64,000 nt of DNA, taken from NCBI RefSeq assembly GCF_001194135.2, contig NC_068984.1, positions 49,602,685 through 49,666,684 on the forward strand, read 5' to 3'. Below the pieces are notes generated by a model. The model was not told the DNA's origin, did no database searches, and was given only the letters and a program-made list of their open reading frames with translations. Position numbers and translations under genes: made by a program. The DNA is from Octopus bimaculoides. Lineage: Eukaryota. Below, piece after piece: positions 53,431 to 64,000 of this stretch. Position 1 is the first letter of the stretch; the number at the start of each line of letters is the position of its first letter.

Positions 53431-54711
53431 CAGGGGTTTTCAAACTGTGGTCTGCAGACCACAGGGGGTCCTCAAGGACAAGACAGGGGGTCCGTGGACA
53501 GCAAATACTTTTTATGGGCAATTTGATTTTATCATCATCATCATCATCATCATCATCATTTAACGTCTGCTTTCCATGCTAGCATGGGTTGGATGATTAG
53601 ACTGAGGACAGGTGAAACCGGATGGCAACACCAGGCTCCAATCTAATTTGGCAGAGTTTCTACAGCTGGATGCCCTTCCTAACGCCAACCACTCAGAGAG
53701 TGTAGTGGGTTCTTTTACGTGTCACCCGCACGTGGGCAAGTCAGGCGGTCCTGGCAACGGCCACGCTCAAAATGGTGTCTTTTATGTGCCACCTGCACAA
53801 GAGCCAGTCCAGGGGCACTGGCAACGATCTCGCTTGAAAATCTTATGAAGGCCAGTCAGGCGGTACTGGCAACGGCCACGCTCAAAATGGTGCATCCCAT
53901 GTGCCACCCGCACAAGAGCCAGTCCAGGGGCACTGGCAATGATCTCACTTGGCTTTCCGGGTNNNNNNNNNNNNNNNNNNNNNNNNNNNNNNNNNNNNNN
54001 NNNNNNNNNNNNNNNNNNNNNNNNNNNNNNNNNNNNNNNNNNNNNNNNNNNNNNNNNNNNNNNNNNNNNNNNNNNNNNNNNNNNNNNNNNNNNNNNNNNN
54101 NNNNNNNNNNNNNNNNNNNNNNNNNNNNNNNNNNNNNNNNNNNNNNNNNNNNNNNNNNNNNNNNNNNNNNNNNNNNNNNNNNNNNNNNNNNNNNNNNNNN
54201 NNNNNNNNNNNNNNNNNNNNNNNNNNNNNNNNNNNNNNNNNNNNNNNNNNNNNNNNNNNNNNNNNNNNNNNNNNNNNNNNNNNNNNNNNNNNNNNNNNNN
54301 NNNNNNNNNNNNNNNNNNNNNNNNNNNNNNNNNNNNNNNATACAGTCTGCCTTTTACTCTGAGTGAGAGTCCCTTTGTCGCTAGCAGGGGTAAGAGCTCT
54401 CTAAACTTTGCCCAGGCTATTCTTATTCTCGCAGCTACACTTTCAGCGCACCCACCCCCACTACTAACTTGGTCACCCAGATAGCGGAAGCTATTGACTA
54501 CCTCTAGTTTTTCTCCCTGGAATGAGATATATGTTTTTTAATCGAAATCTTTTAATTGACAATAAACCTATTTGTTAAATACTGTTAAATAAATAAATGT
54601 AAAAATATATGTTATTTCAAGCAAATATTTATGTATAAATTTCATAAGCGTTTATAAGGTAAAGCCTAAAATATAATGGGGTCCGCAAGTCAAAAAGTTT
54701 TAAAAAACCTG
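53431..54711. mobile_element. hAT (Charlie-like) MITE, split by an RTE insertion
   Basis: Ends CAGGGGTTTTCAAACT ... AGTTTTAAAAAACCTG; perfect 8-bp TSD ttttaaag at 53423-53430 and 54712-54719. Confidence 0.88.
53531..54525 (-). mobile_element. Young 5'-truncated RTE LINE nested in the hAT MITE
   Basis: Open minus frame FQGEKLEVVNSFRYLGDQVSSGGGCAESVAARIRIAWAKFRELLPLLATKGLSLRVKGRLY at about 54340-54522; 3' UTR and (CAT)n tail at 53531-53962; gap in between. Confidence 0.93.
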
Positions 54712-55739
54712 TTTTAAAGCACCACTACTTGAATCTCTGGAAGTATAGGAAATAAAAGCTGACTAGAAGGCTGAGGGTTTCTTTTTTGTGGCTTTGACTA
54801 GCAGTGACTGAGAGGGGAAGATAGAAAAGGAGAGTTGTACACTGCAGCAGACCTCAGTCACTTGATCATCATGGGTCATGGTTCCAGTGATGATAGAGGA
54901 AGTCACCTTAGTTGCAATCCTAGAAACCAGCATCCAGAATATTCATCTCTCACCCATACTTAGCAGTGCCACTTCACTGTACTGTGACTTATAGAGTGGA
55001 GAAGAGATGGAAACTGACATCAGTTTCCAAATTGTTGGAGATTGATGACAGGCAAAAAGAAAATACTCACCAAAAGAAGGATGAACAAAGACAGCCAAAA
55101 ATGATGTTGATGAGCCCCTCTCTTCAGGATGATATTATGCGTTTTACCATTGTGAAGTGGAACAAGGAAAGCACAATGGAAATGCCATTTACTTTAACTC
55201 ACAAGCCACTGCCTTAACAGATGGTCTTTGACAATATGCACCTGATATGTCTTAATTTCTTTCTACTTGTAGATTGCTGTATCTGCAAATGATTATTTTG
55301 TCATTCTCTGTTAGTGTTTCATTATACTGATATAACCCCTGATGTATGAGAATTCCAGCTTCATAATACCTGCAAATGCATTGTTTTTATGGAGAAGTGC
55401 TAAGCCTTGGCAGTTGGAGACAGTCTGATTAATTGTTTTTCCCAACCTTAGCATATTCTACAAACACTTTATTTAGTTTTTGGGGAATTCTGAGGGAAAG
55501 GCTTTCATCCTCTGCTACAATAAAAAAAATCCAGCACTCTCAACTTTGTTGTGAATTGTCTTTGTCTATTTTCATCCTGTTCAGTTTTATTTTTTATATT
55601 TACCATATAAAAGATACTCGTGCCATCATTGCATGACATTCTATCACTCCAGTTTTAGTTAAGTTGTTACCTTTTAAACAATTTCTATTAATGTTACTCT
55701 TTTCTCCCCATGTGTCTGCAAAAGTAAATTACTAATCAA

Positions 55740-56400
55740 CAAAGCTATGTCCAAAAACGATGTGAGCATAGCATGGGATGATTACCAAAAGGCTTTTCAC
55801 AGCATTTCCTACATGAGATTCCTGGAAAAATTAACTAAGGGAGAATTAATAATAAGCAGATACATGAAACAGGTAAAAAATAAATGACAAGCAATTCGGC
55901 ACATTTAGACAAGAGAGCGGATTGTGAGAAAAACTAACTCCAGCTCAAAAACAAGAAGAAAATTCCAATCAGATAGAAATACTCGTACTATGGAAGGACA
56001 GATAACCACCATTCATAAGTGGACGAGCTCAAGTCGTATCTTGAAAACAATAAACACTATGAGAGATAGTACATGGATTTATCAAAAGAATTGATTGGAG
56101 ATTACGATTCAAAAAATTGAAGAGTATTAATAACGTATTAGATGAGGAAGCAAAGATAAAAGCACTAGACCAAGTACATTACTTTAAAATGCTTTGAAAT
56201 CAATTAGCCAGATATAGCTTAACATACATGAAGGAAAAAAAATTGGTTAGGAGGGTGCACAGTAGATTAGAGCTTAAACCAAAGCTAAATACAAAAACTA
56301 CAGCAATAGGTATCCACACTAGCTCTCCCAGTAATATAGTTATCTTCACAACTTGACGCTAAATTAACTAACAATACTTAAGAGAAAAAAAGAAACAAAC
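55740..56400 (+). mobile_element. R4/Dong-clade non-LTR RT remnant, heavily decayed
   Basis: SIAWDDYQKAFHSISY (compare AWIDYKKAFDSVPH), NHHS*VDELKSY (compare NHLLFMDDLKLY), and later MKEKKLVRRV...KLN-like blocks. Confidence 0.65.
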
Positions 56401-56563
56401 AAAAATATTGATTACAACAGAGCGCATTTACAACAGACAGCGCACGACCTAATAAAAGATTATTTAATCGAAAGTTAATTGATTGACCAAAAATATTATT
56501 GAGTCTAATGATTCCTTCTTATGAATATAAGTTCATATTGCTAAAGACAAAGGTAAGAGAGGG

Positions 56564-56720
56564 GGAGAGGGGGAAGTTGTTGACTGCGCTGAAACTAGCA
56601 AACAAATTCACCTACTTGCCTACTTATACACTTGCTCGTTGCCTAAGACGTCTTAATCAACGAAATATCTTCTTATAAAGTATTTAACACTATCAAATTA
56701 CGTAGCATATACCAGTGCCT
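56564..56720 (+). repeat. 157-bp direct repeat, copy 1 (copy 2 at 58782-58938)
   Basis: Direct comparison gives 4 substitutions in 157 bp, all transitions. Confidence 0.97.
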
Positions 56721-56955
56721 TGCACAACATACCAATGAAAAGGTATTTACCATTTGTAAGGCAGACAGTCTATTGTTTCAGTGTAAATGTCTTACTTGTT
56801 TCCAGCCAATAATAAACGTGTTAGAAGGCATGCATGTTTAGGTGACGTCACCGTGTCTAGTAGGTCCAAAGAGTGATATAACAAAATTTATCTAAATTCT
56901 TGGAATTTGCTGGTAAATCTTTCTAAATTTCTTCGTATCCTCGGTTATTAAATTA

Positions 56956-57147
56956 ATTTCTAATTTTGGCATAAGGCCAGTAATTTTGGGGCAGGGTAAG
57001 TCGATTACATCGGCCTCAGTACTCAACTGGTACTTATCGACTCCGAAAGGTAAAGTTGACCTCAACGGAACTTGAACTCAGAGTACGAGGACAGATGAAA
57101 TGCCGCTAAGCATTTTCCCCATTTCTACCATTTCGCTGCCTTATTCT
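56956..57147 (-). mobile_element. tRNA-derived SINE (family B) with ~14-bp TSD
   Basis: Reverse-complement match to 20077-20293. TSD cggttattaaatta (56942-56955) / cggtcattaaatta (57148-57161). Confidence 0.88.
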
Positions 57148-57169
57148 CGGTCATTAAATTAGCACTAGT

Positions 57170-57947
57170 GGATCTTTATGGTTTGACGGCCAACATTTTT
57201 TTATGTAGTGTTTTTGGTACTGAAACACTTTCAAACTTCGAATACTTGTATATTTTGTGTTATAGAACAGATAAAAAATTTTGTATTCGAAGTTATTTCA
57301 TGTAAAAAATTGTCGTATTTCGGTAATTTCAACCAATCACTGACGTCTATTGAGTTGAAACAATTACGCCGTGGAATGTAAACAACGGTGTTACGGGATT
57401 TTTTCCCTTGAATAAAATTAGTGCCGTTGTTTGTCAACAAAAACTATCCGTTGTCAACAACAACTATCAGCGGTATATATTTCGTTTGTCACTGTTATTT
57501 ATGACATCGTTCGTNNNNNNNNNNNNNNNNNNNNNNNNNNNNNNNNNNNNNNNNNNNNNNNNNNNNNNNNNNNNNNNNNNNNNNNNNNNNNNNNNNNNNN
57601 NNNNNNNNNNNNNNNNNNNNNNNNNNNNNNNNNNNNNNNNNNNNNNNNNNNNNNNGAACCCGAACCCTAAAACCCTAAACCCTTACTAGGGAATAATGAT
57701 ATAATTAAACAGGGAATAACACACTTGAAACTGAACATCACTAACCGTATTCAGCTGAATAGACATCAGTGATTGGTTGAAATTACAGAAATACGACAAC
57801 TTTAACATGAAATAATTTATTAAGAAGTAATTTTTGTTAAGAAGGCTAAACGAAAAAGATGTTTTATATGACACATTCTACCAGTATCCCAAGTTTGAAA
57901 GTGTTTCGTTAAGAAAACAAGTGTTGGCCGTCAAACCATAAAGATCC
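57170..57947. mobile_element. Non-autonomous DNA transposon with long TIRs, GG termini and 8-bp TSD (Merlin-like, tentative)
   Basis: Termini GGATCTTTATGGTTTGACGGCCAACA on both strands; diverged inverted similarity extends about 200 bp. TSD gcactagt (57162-57169) / gcattagt (57948-57955). Confidence 0.85.
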
Positions 57948-58147
57948 GCATTAGTAAATTGTACCCTAATTCCATTTAAGCTATGCTTAAAGAAATACCC
58001 GTTAATCCTTAACTCGCATAATGAGTCGGTCGGCTAATCATTCCTTCTCTGAAAGAATTTTGTTTATTCAATGTTTAGTTTCCCTATCAATTAATTATTT
58101 GACCATCAGATAAGGCTACGGATAGCTATGACGAGATTGCTTCAAAT

Positions 58148-58200
58148 CAGTAATGGGCAAACTGCAGCCCGTGGGACTTTCTGAACGGCGCACCTAACAA
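58148..58200 (+). mobile_element. Orphan hAT-like terminus
   Basis: cagtaatgggcaaactgcagcccgtggg resembles hAT-Charlie MITE ends (caggg-tgggcaaactgcggcccgcggg); no partner end found. Confidence 0.4.
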
Positions 58201-58229
58201 AAAATTACCTTTAGATATTTTCAAAGACT

Positions 58230-58781
58230 TCTCGGCAGCAACAACAGCAATAAGGCAATAAGAAGGCTAGAAGTAGTTTCAGCAGCAGCAAAATCTGCAA
58301 CAGCAACGACCGTAACAACAAAAATAACGACGATGAATAAGTGAGCGGCGGAGCGACTCCATGGGTAGGTAATTGTTTGCTGGGATAGCGGCAGTACAAA
58401 ACGCTTTTTGTTCCCTCTAAACGACAAAGAGGCATGCCTGACGCGAACGAAACGGCTTGTAAACATGAAAGGGAAGAGAGCACAAGCTGCCATTCCAGCG
58501 TAGATTTCAGCAGCAGCCGTACGGAAGACGGTGATGGAGCACTATGTGTCGGCTAAAACTCGAAGCCAGAAAGCAGTGGCACAAGCCCAGGGGAAAAGGG
58601 CACTAAAATAAATGTGGGCAGATATAGATCATGTGATATAGATCAAAGCAGTTCAGAAGTGTGGCGGTCCACTTGAAGAGAGAAGCTGTCACGCAGAAGC
58701 ACTTCATAGTTTCACACGCGACAGAAAGCTTATCCTCTACAGAACGTATTTTGGGAAAAGGAACTATCGTGTTAACATAGA
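58230..58781 (+). mobile_element. Probable 5' part (ORF1 remnant) of the Tx1-like LINE
   Basis: GC/CpG-rich with CAG/CAA repeats, ending ...DRKLILYRTYFGKRNYRVN, directly upstream of the ORF2 remnant. The ORF1 assignment comes from position and recollection. Confidence 0.45.
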
Positions 58782-58938
58782 GGAGAGGGGGAAGTTGTTG
58801 ACTGCGCCGAAACTAGCAAACAAATTCACCTACTTGCCTACTTATACACTTGTTTGTTGCCTAAGACGTCTTAATCAACGAAATATCTTCTTATAAAGTA
58901 TTTAACACTATCGAATTACGTAGCATATACCAGTGCCT
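58782..58938 (+). repeat. 157-bp direct repeat, copy 2
   Basis: About 97% identical to 56564-56720; sits between the putative ORF1 remnant and the ORF2 remnant. Confidence 0.97.
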
Positions 58939-61330
58939 CTAAATCAAACCTGAAGAGGTGTAAAAGATCTCTGACCTTATCCACCTTTTCAGTGGAGTGG
59001 AACTTCGTCTTGCAGTTGAAGGCAGTATTCTGTAGGCCATCGGATAAAGATAGCAAATGTTGTCCACATTTTCACATGGTCGGCTACACAGACCACGAGT
59101 TCGTGATCTATACGGTCGACCTAAATAGGCTTCGTTAACAGGGCCCCAGTTACTGGAAACTGAACACGTCGTTACCAGCGTGTCGAGCTTACAGAGACCA
59201 GATTACCGTATTAGTTAAGAGGTTGTTGACCGGGGCAATGGTCAACAACAACTGGTCGTTTGCTTATAAAAGGGCAATTAGAGTAGAATCCATTCGGTTT
59301 AGTAAGGCTTTAGCGGTAAAAAGAAATAGAATAGAAGGAGATTTAGTTAGGAAGTTAGATGAGGAAACTCAGGAAAGGCATCGCAACCGACGTGCTGGCC
59401 GCGAGATTGGCCCTTGACCAATTTTTCGACGTCAAACACAAAGGCTGTGTTGTCAGAGCTAAGACAAATTCACTAAGTGGGGAGAGAACGAAAAGCCGCT
59501 CGATGAGCCCGTATGGCGAGAGGCAAAACGTGGAAACAAAGCCACCATTCGGTCTTTGGTGCACCAGAACAGGAGCGAGATGTTTGAACCGAAGCAGGTG
59601 TGTGTGGTCTTTCAGCAGCACTTTGCTCGACTGTTCGGGAAGAGTGGTAGGACGAATAACAGGGCAGACTTTGGTGTTTATCTGGACGGCCTGCCGCAAC
59701 TCTCGGCGAGCGAGGTGGAGTGCTGCGAAAGGCCGATAACAGCCGCAGAAGCAATGAAGAGCTGTACGAGAGGCAGATCGCCAGGTTTGGATGGTCTGCC
59801 CTACAAGATTTATATTTCGATGCTAGATATGTTTGGAGGCTTCTTACAAGATATCTACCGCAACTGACCGCAGAATGGGAGAATTCCCACTTTTGTCTGT
59901 CGAGGGGCGGTGGCACTGCTGAGAAAGGACCCAAACAAGAGGAACATTATCGAGAATTTCAGGCCTATCACTCTGCTCAATGCAGAATTGAAGATTTTGG
60001 ACAAAGTGTTAGCCAAGAGGTTGGTACTTCCGCCCTTCTGTATGTACTGACTCTTCAGCCACTGCTGTGGAAATTGGAGGCATTGAGAGGTGCCTCGCAT
60101 GATCTAGGATGTGGGAGAAGCGTGTCTGCTTATGCCGACGACGTCACCGTGATAGTGTCGAGCCACATGCACATAGAATTGATTGGCGGCACATTACAAG
60201 AATATAAAACGGTGACATGAACATAAATTAACGTGGAATAGTAAGTGGGCTTGCAACTCAGCACCTGGAGAGGCAAGTCCAAGACTTCCAACAGCGTCGT
60301 GGGGCTCTGGACAGACAGTCCGGTTAAATTGCTTGGCGTCTCGTTCGGTCCAGACCTCCATTTGGCGAAAAAATGGGACGAGGCGACGAACAGGGTGGCC
60401 AATCTCACCCAGAAATGGGCCGAGAGGAAGCTGTCACTGAAAGTTCGAGCTGAGTTGACAAATGCGTACATCGCATCCGTCATCTATTACCGCTTGACTG
60501 TCGTCCCTTGCCCCTTATATTGGCTGAACAAGCTGGTTCACTTACACTTACACCTTCTGTAGACGGGTCTCGTTCAGCTGGTCAGGCGCTCCATCCGCTG
60601 TCAACAGCTCTTTCTTTGACGGTGAGTAGGTGTGGTGTCTTAGACTCGCACAGCTCGTATCTTTGANNNNNNNNNNAGGGCGCTTGGCACCTTGAGTGCC
60701 ATCAAACGCTCACAGTCCTCCGCTAGGTGGGTAATGTGGTCGATAGTAGTCCCACTCTTGCGTTCTATAGAGGGTTAGCGGAGGAAAAGTGGGATGACGT
60801 TCTCGGGTAAACTCTGGGCGTCGACGAGGATCAACTCACTTGGTCTGTTTCGGAGGACTTTACGGCCTGGGACTATAGATAACTTCCAGATATCTCTCAC
60901 CTGGCAGTGCTACCGAGGGGCGCTGCCCGTTCGAGATAAACTTTACAGGAACGGAAGTGCCGTCAGCCCAGCCTGCTCGAGGTGCGCGCAGAGCGACGTA
61001 ACCATTCTGCACGCCCTCGTCCAATGCCCAAGCATTGCTGACCTGTGGGTGTATGTCAAAGATTTGTTGTCCGCGTAGGACGGATCCGACTATCAGCTGA
61101 ATCCTTAGTGAAGATTGCCCCACTGCCCTCCTTTGGCCGGGAGGGGAACTCGTTTGATGGCACTCGCGATGCTAGGCCGGGACGGGCAGGCAATTTTAAT
61201 TTGTCTGGTGGCTGTAGCGAAAGAGGTAGTGTGGTGGACACGCTTGAAAGGACCAAAGACAAACACTTACCTCTTCGGCCAAGCCCTCATTTTATGTTGT
61301 TTTATGTAAGCCCTTGTGGCTAATAAAAGA
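58939..61330 (+). mobile_element. L1-clade Tx1-like LINE ORF2 pseudogene (endonuclease end, RT, zinc finger)
   Basis: GYTDHEFV and GPSYWKLNTSL (end of the APE domain); SPGLDGLPYKIY; LLRKDPNKRNIIENFRPITLLNAELKILDKVLAKRL; SAYADDVTVIV; TWQCYRGALPVRDKLY...CSRC...HALVQC. Multiple stops and frameshifts, plus an internal RT deletion near 60030. Confidence 0.93.
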
Positions 61331-61759
61331 ATTAATTATTTCTGTTGCTACACAAAGTTATACATTGAACGTTTATTATCGTTTTATAGATAAACTGACC
61401 AGGACCTTGGGGAGCTGCTTAGTTTTCTCCATGTATAGCCCTTAGGATCTAAACTGGGGCTTGTTTAGCAAATAAACTCTCAATTATTGTTTCTAAAATG
61501 GAAGGTGTTGAACAAGGATTGTTCGTCCGCTGAAAAGTAGAGCCAGCTATCCGCAGAACTGAACAGCGAAATTGTAAAAGTCAGCAGTAACAGCAACAAC
61601 AATAACAACAACAACAACAACAATAACAACACAGCACAAGAAAAATATGAAACTAATTTAATTTTCCACTGTTAAAATTCCAACACAGACATTACCATCA
61701 CAACAATAACAAAAGAGAACAATGACAACAAAAAGCAACAGCACAAGCAAGAACATTGT

Positions 61760-63260
61760 CACTTCCATTCTTTCTTTAGCAAGGGGCACGCAACATCAGT
61801 TGTTGAGCACATGCAGTTCATTTTGTCCACTACTACTAAGTCCGCTTGGATTGGGAAATCCCGCAGGATTTTGAATGTTTTCGACTCAGCTATTCTCTAT
61901 GGTTTGTGCTCATACCACGTCTTGTCTCTCTCTAACCCGCACATTTCACCAAGTTTTAGATGCAGCACTTTCGTTACCTCACCGTGTCGCCACAGCTTAT
62001 ATTTGTTTTGGACTAGTCAAAGGCACTCCTTCACAATATGAGCAATGCTTTCGTCAAATCTATTAAAGATTCGGCACAATGGAGACGCTAGCTCATTTCT
62101 AAGGTTAGCCCTCCGATATGCGGCTAAAGTTTAGTTTTGCGCTGCCAGTATAGTGCTCTCAGTCTCTTTTTTTAGGGTTCCGTTTCTTCAACCGGTCCCA
62201 GCTACGTTATCCAGCAATTTCATTTATGACTACTTTGAATCGACTGTGTAGTCTATTGTTGCGTAGTACTTCATGACCTTCTAGTACTTCTTGTTTTGTT
62301 CTTCTCTTTGTTCCTGTTTTCAATATGCCCTCATCTCAAACTTTTACTAACAAGGTTTCCACACACTTCGTTAGATATCTCAGCAAGTTCCCATGTATAA
62401 TATGCACGCAGTCTTCCACACTTATCAATCTCCTTCCTCTATTTGCTTTCTTCACGTACAGGCGATCAATGTCTGCACGTGAATGATGGGCTCCATGCTT
62501 GGTTAGGAGCTTTCTTGTTTTCCTGTCCAACTCCTTTAACTCATTTCCTGTCCACTTCAGAATTCCAGCTCCATACCGAACCACTGAGACTGCGCACGAG
62601 TTTATGGCCAAGATTATGTTTCTGACATTCAACTTTGAATCCAATGTCTTTATCAATCGCCGCATATACTCCATCTTTTCTTTTATATTATTATGCAAAA
62701 TTCCATTTGCCTCAAGTATTTCCCGATATTTATATCCGGATACAGGTTCAATTGCCTTCATCATTTCACTTCTTGGCATATACCTACTCTTACAAACATT
62801 TCTTGTCTCATTACCGTCACAGCACATTTTGAAAGTCCAAACTCCATCTTAATATCATTCGAGAAAATTCAATTCTACCTATTTTTTTATGAACAACTAA
62901 ATAGCAAGTGATTAAGCTTTCTTTTACCACTTCCTAGATCATATACCAACTTTGCTTCCGTAGTATATCACTCAAGGGAATCATTTCCAGTACAAAGATC
63001 AGTGGGAATACATTGTCCCCTGGAATATTCCTCTCCTAATTTTCACGTCGCCTAACACCTGATGACCTGCTGTCAATTCAGTTCTCTGACATTTCATACG
63101 GTTCTATATAAAGCATCTCATGTTTTCTGCTACTTTATACATTTCTGTCGTTCTTGTTATCCGAGAGTGTGGTATCATATCATAAGCTTTACAGTAATCA
63201 ATCCATGCCTTGTTCAAATGTGTGTGTCTTCTCTTGCAGTTTCTGATATGTTGCTGTTAC
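61760..63260 (-). mobile_element. R4/Dong-clade non-LTR retrotransposon ORF remnant (RT, CCHC, restriction-like endonuclease)
   Basis: AWIDYCKAYDMIPHS; VKIRRGIFQG; KLNHLLF; YKY...ELKELDRKTRKLLTKHGAHHSRADIDRLY...ISVEDCV; ETESTILAAQ; LCRIF...ESIAHIVKEC; WYEHKP; KILRDFPIQAD. Confidence 0.9.
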
Positions 63261-63823
63261 AATTTAGTATATAATAATTAAATGTAATAATAATCATCAA
63301 TATATAAATATTTCTTTTACTGAAATATTCTTCATTAGATATACATCTTTCACAATTTTACGATACTTTAACTTAATTTCTTCAAACACATTCTTTAAGC
63401 TTTGTTAGCTTTTACAGAGTAACTGCAATATTTTTCTGCCTTCTGCCTGCCAAGAAAGCAATGGAGACTGAGAGTGATATATGGCATTCGTGTTAGTCTA
63501 CTTTCGTTAAAAATATTTAGTCTGTTTACTGAGATTTTATAGCAGTTTAACTATATGAATATATTACCCGCAACCCTCGTCCCGCTATTAGGTTACGAAC
63601 GGTTTAGACGCTACGTGCTGGATACATTTCTTATATAACATCGGTTAGTAATATAACAAGGTTGACTGCTAAACTAGTTTACTAACTAATGAAAACATAA
63701 TATGCTAACAGCATAGTTCTTTTTTTAATTCGACCTCAAAAGCTGCTGTTTCATGTACAAATACACACTTGCATACATGTAAATACGTGTGTATTTATGT
63801 GCGCATACACACACACATACACA

Positions 63824-63857
<34 letters not shown>

Positions 63858-64000
63858 TAGGCATGTGCATATATATGTTTATGGATGTACACATACATAC
63901 GTGTGTGTGTGTGTGTGTGTAGGCGCGCAATATGTATCGGCGTACATCATTAGTTATGTATGTATATAATATATTCCTGTATACACATAAACATACATGC

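Noticed and set aside
2800-54525. Apparent excess of minus-strand RTE tails (roughly 10 versus 6) as a clue to host-gene strand
   Set aside because: The counts are too small to be informative.
4070-63070. Other CTGATGA matches (about 4072, 5684, 6977, 12902, 26336, 27637, 63060, and minus-strand hits)
   Set aside because: None has a closing stem II plus GAAA and stems I/III, so they are not hammerheads.
1676-63969. ORFs rich in IY/VC/HT repeats, poly-N or X runs (e.g. 1676-2721, 15876-16491, 43636-44454, 51085-51581, 53719-54484)
   Set aside because: These are translations of microsatellites or N-gaps, not genes.

Overview
AT-rich (roughly 30% GC by eye), microsatellite-dense eukaryotic DNA from a gapped draft assembly with 11 N-runs. 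The repeat families (RTE LINE ORF2 and (CAT)n tail, tRNA-derived SINEs) look like those of an octopus/coleoid cephalopod; this is recognition from memory, not a search. No recognisable cellular gene is present, and most supplied ORFs are (TA)n/(CA)n or N-gap artefacts. The explainable content is mobile DNA. DNA transposons: a full-length but dead Tc1/mariner with DD36E spacing, hAT/pogo/Merlin-like MITEs with target-site duplications, and a 560-bp foldback. Retroelements: several RTE fragments, a rearranged Tx1/L1-type LINE, two R4/Dong-type LINE remnants and SINEs. The most interesting signal is a type I hammerhead ribozyme with an intact catalytic core at 10511-10576, in a ~400-bp island (Penelope-like pLTR or retrozyme candidate). 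There are also unverified candidate exons and micro-exons, and a shift from CpG-poor to CpG-retaining DNA near 56 kb.
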